From Promethearchaeota archaeon (GTDB lineage Archaea; Asgardarchaeota; Hermodarchaeia; Hermodarchaeales; Hermodarchaeaceae): a DNA stretch of 64,000 bases. The position numbers were made by a program, and so were the translations under genes. The notes below the pieces were generated by a model. It saw nothing but the letters and a program-made list of their open reading frames with translations. It ran no database searches and had not been told where the DNA came from. Below, one piece after another: positions 1-9,285 of this stretch. The stretch spans positions 11,975 through 75,974 of the forward strand of contig JBHLMG010000011.1 of NCBI GenBank assembly GCA_048938385.1, written 5' to 3'. How positions within the stretch are numbered: position 1 is the stretch's first letter; the number at the start of each line of letters is the position of its first letter.

Positions 1-504
1 TCCAAAGAACAAGACAAACACCAACGCTCCGATGGGAGGACCTACGGTTTGAATTAAGCTGGTGGCAAAATACTGCACGCTGTTCATCCGCGTTAGGTGC
101 TCATGGGGAACCATGATTGGAACAATAGCTTGAACGGCAATTTGATGAAAGGCGTTGATCACACCTGAAATTAGTTGGATGACTAACACATGAATAATGT
201 TAGCAATTCCGAACAGGAAAAGAATGACAAGGATGAAGCTCAAAAACGCTAAGAAGCTGTCTGCCGTGACAATGACCTTTTTTCGCGACCACCGATCCAC
301 CAAAACTCCGGCTACAGGTGTTACTAAGATAAAACTACCAAAAGCAAAGAACGCTGATAACCCAAGTAGAAGTGCGCTCCCTGTTTGTACAGTGATCCAC
401 CAGGTCAAACTGAAGGTAACGATATTTGTACCTGCTAATGAAACGAGTTGACCTCCCCAAAAGAACAGATAACCACGAAAGGTCGATTTTTCGGGTTCAA
501 TCAT
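1..504 (-). CDS. MFS transporter (Mef(A)/DHA3-like efflux), 3' end runs off the window
   Basis: Not in the ORF track. Manual translation from ATG at 504 gives MIEPEKSTFRGYLFFWGGQLVSLAGTNIVTFSLTWWI...PVAGVLVDRWSRKKVIVTAD, which contains MFS motif A (GxxxDRxxRK). Confidence 0.85.
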   Translation of the reverse strand, partial: MIEPEKSTFRGYLFFWGGQLVSLAGTNIVTFSLTWWITVQTGSALLLGLSAFFAFGSFILVTPVAGVLVDRWSRKKVIVTADSFLAFLSFILVILFLFGIANIIHVLVIQLISGVINAFHQIAVQAIVPIMVPHEHLTRMNSVQYFATSLIQTVGPPIGALVFVLFFG

Positions 505-653
505 CGAAACTCAACTCGGTCACTTGTTTTTCAAAAGTTGTGGCTGTTCGGCATCCACCCTTTGTCTACACTTAAGTTTCTTCTTATTACGGTAGTTTTC
601 ACTCTCGTCCAAAAGAAATTCTTCTCATGTAATGCCGGTATGAGGAGGATTCG

Positions 654-697
654 AAAAAAGAGAGAGGAGGGGGCAAATCTGTTGTTACCCCCTTCTT
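654..697 (-). terminator. Hairpin plus U-tract terminator downstream of the 756-aa gene
   Basis: The minus strand reads GAAGGGGGTAA-loop-TTGCCCCCTCC followed by TCTCTCTTTTTT, about 25 nt after the stop codon. Confidence 0.55.
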
Positions 698-722
698 TAG
701 TAATGGGGTCTCATATATGAGG

Positions 723-2993
723 TCAGGGTGAGAAACGGCGTTTAGCTAGGAAGTAGCCAACCAGGATACCTACAGCTACCATGATGATTGCTGTTAAGAC
801 AATCACAGAGATCATAGCCATCGAAAAAACTGGGACAACAGCAAGGATGAAGAATTCCACCGGGCTCCTCATCAATGAATTCAGCGGTCCTCCTACCATA
901 ACGAAACTGACTCTACCTGTATATGTCGCAGTGAAAGTGCCAATGTATGTCATGCCAAATGGCATTGAGGTTGATACACCAATAAAAAGATCTACAAATG
1001 AGCCAGTTACGAATGGCGAGTAACCATAGGGATCCAAGAAGTAGCCAAAGGCTTGTTCTCCATCGGCTTTCAGTGTTAATTCGAAGTAGTAGGTGATGCC
1101 CGCTTCAACATTGAAAGTGTAGGTGGCAAATTGTTTCTCAGCTACTATTGCTGTGGCGATAGTCCCTAGGGGATAGGGTATGGGTGCTGTGGTCGTAAGC
1201 GACACGCTCCCTTCGGTCATATCGCCTCCTACCATTCCAGGTCCTTGAATCCACAGATAATTCATGCCATCTTTGACAGAGATGTAACTTAGGGTTGCGG
1301 TGGCATTAGTATTCACAGAAACTCCTAGACCAGTAGCTGGTTCAGCATAGGCAATGGGAGATCCAAAAATCATCATCCACTGCCAGTTTTCGTACTCTTT
1401 AGACTGTGGCAGATCTTCAAGGTAGATAGTACCTGCTGAGGTGTAATTAGTGGCAAGGGCTTTTACGGTATAGATTGCGCCACTCGCTTGGGGCACTTGA
1501 AAGATGTGGTAGAAGGGTCCAACGGTGCTGTTGAAGTCAAAGGTTAATCCAATGGGCGTCAATTGAGGGAATGGAGTGAGTTCGAAGTTGGCATTAATGC
1601 GAAATGTAGTAGTTGGAGTTCCGAGTGGAGTAGCGATTACGCGGAAGTAGAAGGTGTTGAATCGACTTGTTGCTCCCATTCCACCTAGTGGGATGGCAGT
1701 GACATTTGTTCCATTGACATAGATTGAATAGGTGGAATCTGTCACCCACGTTTCTGCATACCAATCACCAAGAAGGCCTGGGGCAGGTGTTCCCATACTC
1801 ATCGCTGTAGCCCAACCATATTCAAGATTGTCTTTGTTCCTAAAGTGGGTTGTTGGATCCGCATGAGTTTGGAACAGAGGACCTGAGTAGGCACCGGTCC
1901 ATGCATCATATGCCATCACAGTCCAGTTTTGACCCACTGGATTGGAAAAGTCAAAACTGAAGTAGTTGCCTTCTGGAATAGTGACTGCTAGGTAGGTGTC
2001 ATAGACATTGGGCGTGGTGTTAAATCCGAGTTGTAGAGGGACGCTGGGATAGAGAATTTGTGTAGGTACGGGGGAAACATTGATGGTGAAATCAACGAAT
2101 GAGCCATTGAGGAACTCAAAGGCGTTGGTTTTACCAATTAGAAAGTACTCACCAGCCTCTAAGGGCTCTAAATCAATTCGTGGTCCCCAAGTAGTGCTAT
2201 TTGTATCTGCACCTGCTGGGATATTGAAAGATGCGGAACCCCAAAAATCGTAGTATATATTTCTACCATGCTTTAGGTCGATTAGCATGAGATCATTGAA
2301 TGGTGTAAAGGATGCATCGCCAGTCCAGCCAGCTGTGGTAGCCCAGTTCATCTCACCAAAGGCCGTTAAGTTGTATAAGTCATTCCCAGGCAGATGCATT
2401 CGAAGGCCCATCCAGGAATAATCTTCAGTAAATCTGATGGTCGAATTTTGACCTAATGCTTGTCCGAAAGATAATGTGGAAAAAACCAGTTGCTCGGTGA
2501 CAGTGACATTTCCACTAATTTGGTCATTGGGATCGGTATTAAACATTCCGACTTCGAGTCGGAAGGAGCCAGCCTGAACAGCGATTTCTTCCTGGTCATT
2601 CCATCGTGTGGTATTTTCACTCTGGGGCCACCAACTTGCGGATGAGAAGCTAAAATATTCTGGAATACCTCCAATATGAGGATACCACATTTCAGCGGAT
2701 GCTCCATAACTGACAGATACTCCAGGACCTGGAACTGGTAATCCGGAGTCCACATGAACGCTCACATTGAACTGGTACACACCAGCTTGCGAAACTGGAA
2801 CATCAAAGTATTCCGTTGGATAAGAAGCATTGATGCGAAATGCTGTTATGCTATTCACCGGAGCCTGCATGGCTGACACAGTGGGTAAACTCTGATTCAC
2901 CTGTAGAATGGGTGCAAACGGGCTTGGTAACCCTAACTGAAACACTAGAAGACAAATCACTAATAAGCCAACTTGTAAGGTTATTCTTTTCAT
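723..2993 (-). CDS. Secreted, C-terminally anchored cell-surface (glyco)protein, beta-rich
   Basis: Has an N-terminal signal peptide, many N-x-S/T sequons, and a C-terminal TM helix followed by KRR. Confidence 0.75.
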   Translation of the reverse strand: MKRITLQVGLLVICLLVFQLGLPSPFAPILQVNQSLPTVSAMQAPVNSITAFRINASYPTEYFDVPVSQAGVYQFNVSVHVDSGLPVPGPGVSVSYGASAEMWYPHIGGIPEYFSFSSASWWPQSENTTRWNDQEEIAVQAGSFRLEVGMFNTDPNDQISGNVTVTEQLVFSTLSFGQALGQNSTIRFTEDYSWMGLRMHLPGNDLYNLTAFGEMNWATTAGWTGDASFTPFNDLMLIDLKHGRNIYYDFWGSASFNIPAGADTNSTTWGPRIDLEPLEAGEYFLIGKTNAFEFLNGSFVDFTINVSPVPTQILYPSVPLQLGFNTTPNVYDTYLAVTIPEGNYFSFDFSNPVGQNWTVMAYDAWTGAYSGPLFQTHADPTTHFRNKDNLEYGWATAMSMGTPAPGLLGDWYAETWVTDSTYSIYVNGTNVTAIPLGGMGATSRFNTFYFRVIATPLGTPTTTFRINANFELTPFPQLTPIGLTFDFNSTVGPFYHIFQVPQASGAIYTVKALATNYTSAGTIYLEDLPQSKEYENWQWMMIFGSPIAYAEPATGLGVSVNTNATATLSYISVKDGMNYLWIQGPGMVGGDMTEGSVSLTTTAPIPYPLGTIATAIVAEKQFATYTFNVEAGITYYFELTLKADGEQAFGYFLDPYGYSPFVTGSFVDLFIGVSTSMPFGMTYIGTFTATYTGRVSFVMVGGPLNSLMRSPVEFFILAVVPVFSMAMISVIVLTAIIMVAVGILVGYFLAKRRFSP

Positions 2994-3150
2994 ATTCTTA
3001 AATCTCGCTTTGAATTCGTTTGTTGAGCAAGATAAACGATTCCCGCTGGATAAAAAGAATCGTACATTGCTTACTCCAAATCATGTAATCCGTTATAAAA
3101 AATTGTATCGGTTTTAAAATCGAAGTATTGATGTTGAAAATCAACGCAAT

Positions 3151-3996
3151 CTATCCAATTTTGGCACCGCATTTAGGGCAGAAGTTTCCTTGATACATGA
3201 AGAGGGGATATTCGGCGTTGCACTTAGGACAATGAGCAATGAGCGTTCCCCCACATTGAGTACAGCGTTCACTAATTGCAACTGTGTTTTTACAATGCGG
3301 ACATTGCACCTGTGGCATGGATGGCATAACACCTGGCGTAGTTGGCATGGTAGCAGGAGTTACTGGTGAGGGTGTCGAAGCTGTACCACTTCGTACGGCA
3401 GCTGCACAATTGGGGCAATGCGTGGCACCGTTGGGGATGTGGGCTGAGCAGTAGGGACACTTGTTTTTGGCTTTGGCGGTTTCAATTTGTGCTTCAACGA
3501 TGGCAAACATCTTCTCCTTTTTACTGGTGAACTCGATATCGTCTCCGCCGTTTAAGGTAATAATGAGCTTGTCATTTGGGCTTGAGATGTTATCGATTGC
3601 GATGAGGGGAATTGCCAAGGATTCAGCGGATCCATCGGCTCCTCGCGTGACAAGTTGGTTTCCGCGGAGTGAGTCAAAGACAATAGCCTTAGCAGTGGCA
3701 TCTGTAGCACTTTGGATGCCGTGTCCGACGGCTCGTCCAATTATTCCACCATGTCGGCGTGCAACGCCTGCAGCAGCGGAGCCGGCCACACCCACAGCAA
3801 AGGCTTTAGCGAAGCCACCGAGTAAACCTCCACCTTTCTTCTTTTGTTGTTTATACCACACGACTCGAACATCTGATACGACCAGTCGACCGGTTTCTCC
3901 TTCAAACCGGACTTCATCAATTGTGGTGGCAACTTGTTCGTGCCCAAGGGGAACGAACTGACCATTCTGTATGGCAACATTGAGAAAATCAGTCAT
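3151..3996 (-). CDS. PH-like domain plus multiple zinc-ribbon protein
   Basis: PH/GRAM-like strands (GRLVVSDVRVVWY...IPLIAIDNI), a Gly/Ala-rich insert, and six CxxC pairs. Confidence 0.7.
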   Translation of the reverse strand: MTDFLNVAIQNGQFVPLGHEQVATTIDEVRFEGETGRLVVSDVRVVWYKQQKKKGGGLLGGFAKAFAVGVAGSAAAGVARRHGGIIGRAVGHGIQSATDATAKAIVFDSLRGNQLVTRGADGSAESLAIPLIAIDNISSPNDKLIITLNGGDDIEFTSKKEKMFAIVEAQIETAKAKNKCPYCSAHIPNGATHCPNCAAAVRSGTASTPSPVTPATMPTTPGVMPSMPQVQCPHCKNTVAISERCTQCGGTLIAHCPKCNAEYPLFMYQGNFCPKCGAKIG

Positions 3997-4230
3997 AGGT
4001 TCACTATTGCTAAGTTAGGTCTATAATCTTTCTACATAGTACTGTTACAACTTCGGAGATTTCGGTATTCCCAAATCCATTACAAAATAGGATAAGGCCG
4101 GTCCTGTGAGAATAAGGCACAGCTCTACGATCTAGTTAAGTTGGCTTTTTGCAATTGTGTGTGAATGGTGTTAACTTCTAGTAGGGAGACGGGTCTCGTT
4201 GCTTATGAGCGTAGAGGTTCTGAGATAGGA

Positions 4231-5004
4231 TCAAATCGGTGGAAAGGCGAATGATTGCCAGTAAGCAAGGTCAATTATCTGGCAATTCGTCACCTGGGAA
4301 TTGTAATCATCGATCCATTGGGTGTTGGTCTCTTCAGCGTAATGAATGGGAATGAAGTACCGTGGTTGAATTCGATCGAGTACATCCACGACTTCTTCGT
4401 TAGCCATAGTTTGACAACCTGGTCCGAGAGGCAGGAGTGCTACATTAATTTCTCCTGTAAGCTGGTAGTATTCCAGGATGTTCTTAGAATCACCGGCATG
4501 AAAGAAGGAAAATCCGTTAATGTTGATGATATAGCTGGTCCAGTTGGCTTCTCGTGGGTGAGTTGCTGGGTTTTCTTCTACAGGAAAGGTATACATGTAA
4601 AACGCCGTGATGTGAACAATTCCCATTTGGAGCTCATCCAGTGGATTGACACCCACTCCCTCATGAAGAGCAATTTCAGTAGTCATGTTGGCAGGGAACA
4701 CATTCACAGTCCCTTCCTTTTGAAGCATCGTGATTATGCTCGCTTGGTAGTGGTCACCATGGGGGTGAGTGACTAATATGAGATCTGCTGGTAATGACGA
4801 GTAACTTCCAGGTAGGTTAATGGGGTCAACATAGATACGCAATCCATAGGCTTCAATCATAACCCCGGCATTATCTAACAAGGTAAAGCGGATAGCGTTG
4901 GTATTCGCATTTAAGAAGTATATGCCTGCCACGGGAAGGCCAACTGCTAAGGAAGCAATGACCACGACACCGATAATGATCTTTGCTCGCCGTGATAGTG
5001 GCAT
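4231..5004 (-). CDS. Membrane-anchored MBL-fold metallo-hydrolase
   Basis: N-terminal TM helix; THPHGDH, HAGD and PIHY motifs. Confidence 0.85.
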   Translation of the reverse strand: MPLSRRAKIIIGVVVIASLAVGLPVAGIYFLNANTNAIRFTLLDNAGVMIEAYGLRIYVDPINLPGSYSSLPADLILVTHPHGDHYQASIITMLQKEGTVNVFPANMTTEIALHEGVGVNPLDELQMGIVHITAFYMYTFPVEENPATHPREANWTSYIININGFSFFHAGDSKNILEYYQLTGEINVALLPLGPGCQTMANEEVVDVLDRIQPRYFIPIHYAEETNTQWIDDYNSQVTNCQIIDLAYWQSFAFPPI

Positions 5005-5109
5005 GTTAATGCGTGTGAGAAGTTCAAGTATATATTTACACAGGTGCCGGCAAACTAATCGAATAATATTCGTTGTGAATCCTTGGGGGCTCCTTTCGGT
5101 TCATCCACT

Positions 5110-5724
5110 TCACATTTTCTTAAGGGGTTGTCTAATCACCGTTCGTAGTTTCCCAGGTGCTGTTCGTCTTGGATCGCTTAGATAGACTTCATGGTGCTTT
5201 CCTCGAAGTTCGTAACCTTGGTCAAAGGCGTATTGGTGCATCCGTTCAATGACAGGACCCTCTTCTGAGAATGGACCAATATGCATTATCTGGACAGAAA
5301 CACCTTCGCGGTAGGGTTCAAGTCGCATCTTGGGTAGTGCCACAGGGTTTTTCTTTTGTTTCACTTGTTCAACGGCTTCTCGGTACCGTTCTTCGGTAAC
5401 TTCCACAGGTTGCAAAATCATCGAAGTCCAACACCATTCGTCTTTACGGGTTTCGATGCGAAAGACCTCCATGTCTTTTGCCCACCAAAGTCCCTCAAGG
5501 GGCATAACCGTGTAATCCAGGATTCCCGCTTTCTTAATTGTGAATTTCAGAGTGTAGGCAACTGGATAGAGGGCTTCCATGGCGTCTTGGTATTCTTTTG
5601 ATGTGCCTGGATAACCCTGTCCATCTATCATGAGATACTGAATTTCTGGGACATCAACGATGACTGGTGTTCGTGGAGGATTGTAAAATTCTTTTAGGGT
5701 TTTTTTGTGGTCAATCTTTTTCAT
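5110..5724 (-). CDS. GyrI-like small-molecule-binding protein (Lin2189/cyclopropanoid hydrolase-type subfamily)
   Basis: PLEGLWW, QIMHIGPF and HHEVYLSDPRR...LRTVIRQP motifs. Confidence 0.85.
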   Translation of the reverse strand: MKKIDHKKTLKEFYNPPRTPVIVDVPEIQYLMIDGQGYPGTSKEYQDAMEALYPVAYTLKFTIKKAGILDYTVMPLEGLWWAKDMEVFRIETRKDEWCWTSMILQPVEVTEERYREAVEQVKQKKNPVALPKMRLEPYREGVSVQIMHIGPFSEEGPVIERMHQYAFDQGYELRGKHHEVYLSDPRRTAPGKLRTVIRQPLKKM

Positions 5725-5731
5725 TTTATTT

Positions 5732-6889
5732 TCACTCCCTCTTGAGTGTTTGTTGGAGTGATCGAATGGCTTCTTTTTCTACTTCATAGAGTCGGATAAT
5801 CCATTTCTGTGCAAGTGGTAGGAATTCTGCAGCTTGCGCTACTTCCCCCATGATTGTGTCTTTATTAGCGTCTATGGCATGATTGATTTCAAGCATCCGT
5901 TTTAGGGCACCAGGTTTCTGTTCTTCACCTACCTGGTTTTGCTCCAAGATCCATTTACGCACTTGGTGCAACATGGGGTATTCGTCAGGGAGTAAACGAG
6001 TAGCAATTTTGCTCCAAATCTTCCCTGCCTCTTGGTATTTTGAAATGACTGCATCTAATCCTGACATAGGAAATCGTTCCTCCACCTCTTGGAGATATCG
6101 AACGAACATCGGTCGAAAAGCGCTTCCACCCGATCCCCCCGTCTCGATGTAGATGAATCCTTGGTAGAGGGCTTGCCATAACCTTTCATCTGGAAAGATC
6201 TCTGGCCATTGCAGGATGAGCTCTGCCCACTTTTGGATACCTTTCAATCCGATGTTTCGAATCGGAGGATTGAGCATTTTATCCACAGTAGTGGTTAGCG
6301 CGTCCACAACCTTTTCTTTCGAAATTTCAAGAGCTTTGGGAAGACTAAATTCAAAAATGGCATGTTGGGGTGGCCAAGGAGGATACTTCGAAGCCCGTGC
6401 TCGTTTCAATTCATCAACAGTCACAGTAACCCCTCGTTGCCCACGATCAGAGATGTAGACGGTGTTGGCCCCCTCATCGACGCCATAGACCACCAAGGCA
6501 TGTTGACCAAAGTGAGCATCTTCGGGGACGCCTGTGTAGGGAAGGCAAGCAATATCTGCGTAAATGACTACAGGTTGTTGGGCTTCGAGTTTTTCCAGCA
6601 ACCAGGCATGACCCTTTTTACTGCTCATTGTGCGATGTACCGTAATTGATGCTCCAGCGCGGTAGGCTGCATTCTCGATGAAGTAACGGCCACCGCCTCT
6701 ACCACCTACCATTGGTGCCGGCATTTGTTTTACATACCAATAGATGAAACCAATACCACCTCCCAGTCCGAAAAGGAACTCTTCAGATATGGGCAAGTTG
6801 TTATATAGAAAGATCTTGCGAACGGCACTGGTTTCACAATGCAGTCCGCCAAACAAATTAAAATCTGTAATGATGTAGCGGCTTCTCAT
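5732..6889 (-). CDS. BtrH N-terminal/DUF4872 protein (papain-like fold)
   Basis: HCETSA, FGLGGGIGF, HFGQHALVVYG, VYISD and GGSAFRPMF motifs. The start is reassigned to ATG 6889, which forms an ATGA overlap with the padR stop. Confidence 0.8.
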   Translation of the reverse strand: MRSRYIITDFNLFGGLHCETSAVRKIFLYNNLPISEEFLFGLGGGIGFIYWYVKQMPAPMVGGRGGGRYFIENAAYRAGASITVHRTMSSKKGHAWLLEKLEAQQPVVIYADIACLPYTGVPEDAHFGQHALVVYGVDEGANTVYISDRGQRGVTVTVDELKRARASKYPPWPPQHAIFEFSLPKALEISKEKVVDALTTTVDKMLNPPIRNIGLKGIQKWAELILQWPEIFPDERLWQALYQGFIYIETGGSGGSAFRPMFVRYLQEVEERFPMSGLDAVISKYQEAGKIWSKIATRLLPDEYPMLHQVRKWILEQNQVGEEQKPGALKRMLEINHAIDANKDTIMGEVAQAAEFLPLAQKWIIRLYEVEKEAIRSLQQTLKRE

Positions 6890-7455
6890 TGGCCCGTATT
6901 CTCCTGGCGTTCCTTTAAACGGCGTAATACATCCTCCACCCACTCCAACTCGGCTTTGCCTTTGATGTAGCCATGATCAAAAATAATCTCGGCACCAAAC
7001 GGAAGTGGTTCTTGTTCTTGGCGAATTTTTAAAATTTGGTTGATGCGTTCTCGCATTAAAAGGCGGTATTGCTCAAGACACTGGATGCTTTCATCCGGTG
7101 AAAGTAGTTCGATGTAAGCTGCTCCCAGATCAATACGAGTTCTGGGCGGTTCAGGCTCAGATAGTGATCGTTTGATAGAGCGAAGGAGGGCTGTCTGACC
7201 GGCTTTGGTGAGGCGATAGAGCTTACGAGCAGGTCCTTTCGACGAGGGATCAATGCGACTACTAATAAGCTCAGTTTTTTCCAGGCGGTTAAGGATCCAG
7301 TAGATGGAGGAAAAACCAATGTTCGTCCAGTTACGAAAACCACGGTCTTCGATGGTTTCGTTCAACGCGTAGCCGTGTTGTTCGCCTTCGCTCAGGAGGC
7401 TCAGAATGGCAATCTCCGCTTGGGTCGGCTCGGTGGGAGGTTTCATCTCTATCAC
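6886..7455 (-). CDS. PadR-family transcriptional regulator
   Basis: ILSLL..HGYAL...SSIYWILNRLEK..LI...GPARKLYRLT..G motif. Confidence 0.92.
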   Translation of the reverse strand: MIEMKPPTEPTQAEIAILSLLSEGEQHGYALNETIEDRGFRNWTNIGFSSIYWILNRLEKTELISSRIDPSSKGPARKLYRLTKAGQTALLRSIKRSLSEPEPPRTRIDLGAAYIELLSPDESIQCLEQYRLLMRERINQILKIRQEQEPLPFGAEIIFDHGYIKGKAELEWVEDVLRRLKERQENTGQ

Positions 7456-7497
7456 TATTCTAACTATAGAATACTACTATTCTAACATTAGTATAGT
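7454..7497. promoter_or_regulatory. Two abutting 22-bp palindromic operators (consensus ACTATTCTAA-NN-TTAGAATAGT) between the TATA box and the padR start
   Basis: 7454-7475 ACTATTCTAACTATAGAATACT matches 18/20 arm positions and 7476-7497 ACTATTCTAACATTAGTATAGT matches 19/20. A minus-strand TATA-like TAATATATA lies at about 7498-7506. Confidence 0.85.
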
Positions 7498-7704
7498 TAT
7501 ATATTAGTCTTTTGCACCCTACATAAAAAACGGATACACCCTCCCTTTGCGCGCGACAAAAAGCCCGCTTTGGGTGGTAAATTTAAGGATGTGGAAACGC
7601 AACACGATGAGTTTTTAAGGGTTAAGCTCTTTTTTGTCGGGTTTAAAAAGCTATGGCTACAAGCTGCTTGATTTTTAAGGAGGTTCTGTGTTTAGAGGGG
7701 TTAA

Positions 7705-7727
7705 CTTACTCCTGAAACGGGAGTGAG
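7705..7727 (+). promoter_or_regulatory. 9-bp 5' leader hairpin upstream of the small membrane-protein gene
   Basis: CTTACTCCT-GAAAC-GGGAGTGAG lies about 25 nt after TATA-like TTTTTAAG and is followed by AACCAATAA repeated twice. Confidence 0.45.
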
Positions 7728-7762
7728 GAACAACCAATAAAACCAATAAATGGTGTATAAAA

Positions 7763-8131
7763 TTGGCTGAACGACCAATTGGCGTAATCATCATCGCTAT
7801 TCTACAGCTTCTTGGCTCGATTGTGATGCTTGCTGCCGGTGGTTTGATGCTGATGCTCGGTCTCGCCATACCCTTCTTTGGATTCATCCTGATGGCAATT
7901 GGTGCCTTCATGATCATCTGGGGTATTATCGGCCTCATACTCTTCTGGGGTCTTTGGGGTATGAAGAGCTGGGCCTGGCTAATTACCATCATCTTCAACA
8001 TCATCTCTCTTATACTTAGTATCTACAACTTCTGGAACTCTGGATTCACGGACTACACTACACTAGTCAACGTCATCATTCCTCTCATCATTATCATCTA
8101 TCTCTTCTTCGTCCGCGAACACTTCAAGTAA
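7763..8131 (+). CDS. Small 4-TM membrane protein
   Basis: TTG start. The RPIGVIIIAIL...GLWGMKSWAW...YLF..VREHF pattern is typical of a widespread archaeal small membrane family. Confidence 0.8.
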   Translation: MAERPIGVIIIAILQLLGSIVMLAAGGLMLMLGLAIPFFGFILMAIGAFMIIWGIIGLILFWGLWGMKSWAWLITIIFNIISLILSIYNFWNSGFTDYTTLVNVIIPLIIIIYLFFVREHFK

Positions 8132-8164
8132 ACTGGCTCTCACAAAGCACAATCCAAGTTTAAC

Positions 8165-8201
8165 GGTGCCCCCCTCCCGGGGCACCCATTCTTGTTTTTT
8201 T
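8165..8201 (+). terminator. Intrinsic terminator (8-bp GC stem plus U-tract)
   Basis: GGTGCCCC-CCTCCC-GGGGCACC followed by CATTCTTGTTTTTTT. Confidence 0.75.
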
Positions 8202-8344
8202 CTACTATGAGTATCAGCCTATCTAATACCATTTGTGCGGAAATAGAACAGTCAAATTTCCTCTTCAAAGATTACTAAAGGGAGGAGATATTACACAGAA
8301 TCTCAAAGAAAACGCCAGTGAGATCTCTGAACCCGTTTCTTTGA

Positions 8345-9190
8345 TTGCAAATCAACCTACTTCAAAATGGTGAAAAAACTGTGATATCAGTAAAGAGTAT
8401 TGTCCCTAAAGTAAAACACGCGCTTTTAGAACTTAGTAAAACGGAGCACCGCTATCCTGATGTGATTGCTCAGGCCCAAAAAGTGGATTGGCATGAAGAC
8501 TTTTCGTCAGGCTATAAAGGGCTCTACTATTTTCTTCCTCTCTCCCTTTCTCCTAATTACAAACGACGAGTACGGGTATTCGCAGTCGATACTCCGATGG
8601 TTCGAAGAGTAAGCTCAACCCTTTTTCAGGAACTTAAAGCGGAAGGGATTCGTGATGTTGAAACAATGCTTTCATTATGTGATACATTGTTAGAACAGTG
8701 GAGCTGGGAATATCGCACCATCGCCTTCGATTGGTCCTTTCGCGTTCGAAGCCAATTTGAACCACGCCATTTTCCAGTTTTTCATAGATGGGCAAAACTC
8801 TACCTATCAACCTGGGGTAGCGTCGATGATTTTTGCACCCATACCATGGGCTACTTTTTCTTTACTTACCCCGAGTTTACACATCATGTGAAAAACTGGG
8901 CTACCTCGGAAAATCCGTGGATTGTACGAGCTGCGGCCGTTTCGCTAATCTATGGTTTGCGACGCGGTGTGCATCTTAAGTACATTTTTGATGTTGCGGA
9001 TGCCATGTTGTTAGATCCCCGTAAGTATATTCAAACCGGCTATGGTTGGATGCTCAAGGAAGCCACAAAGCATTTTCAAGCTCAAGTCTTTGAGTATGTG
9101 ATGCAAAGGAAGGATGAGATGCCGCGGCGGGCTCTTCGTTATGCAATTGAAAAAATGCCTAAATCCCTGAAAGCCCGCGCAATGACTTAA
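8345..9190 (+). CDS. alkD: AlkD-family (HEAT-like repeat) DNA alkylation repair glycosylase
   Basis: STWGSVDDF, PWIVRAA, YIQTGYGWMLKE and LRYAIEKMP carry the W/D/R/W catalytic set. The true start may be GTG 8381. Confidence 0.85.
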   Translation: MQINLLQNGEKTVISVKSIVPKVKHALLELSKTEHRYPDVIAQAQKVDWHEDFSSGYKGLYYFLPLSLSPNYKRRVRVFAVDTPMVRRVSSTLFQELKAEGIRDVETMLSLCDTLLEQWSWEYRTIAFDWSFRVRSQFEPRHFPVFHRWAKLYLSTWGSVDDFCTHTMGYFFFTYPEFTHHVKNWATSENPWIVRAAAVSLIYGLRRGVHLKYIFDVADAMLLDPRKYIQTGYGWMLKEATKHFQAQVFEYVMQRKDEMPRRALRYAIEKMPKSLKARAMT

Positions 9191-9285
9191 ATTGGGGGCA
9201 TATACGCAGCAGTTGGACTCTTATCTCAGGTTAAAGTTACTCTGTTTTAGTGGTTAAAACCGCTTCAAAGCTTTGAAGAGTGAAT

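Noticed and set aside
7554-7639. c-di-GMP-like riboswitch (GGTAAA...GAAA) within a CGACAAAAA/TTTTTGTCG inverted repeat
   Set aside because: The P2/P3 pairing and tetraloop receptor do not fit, and the inverted repeat is low-complexity.
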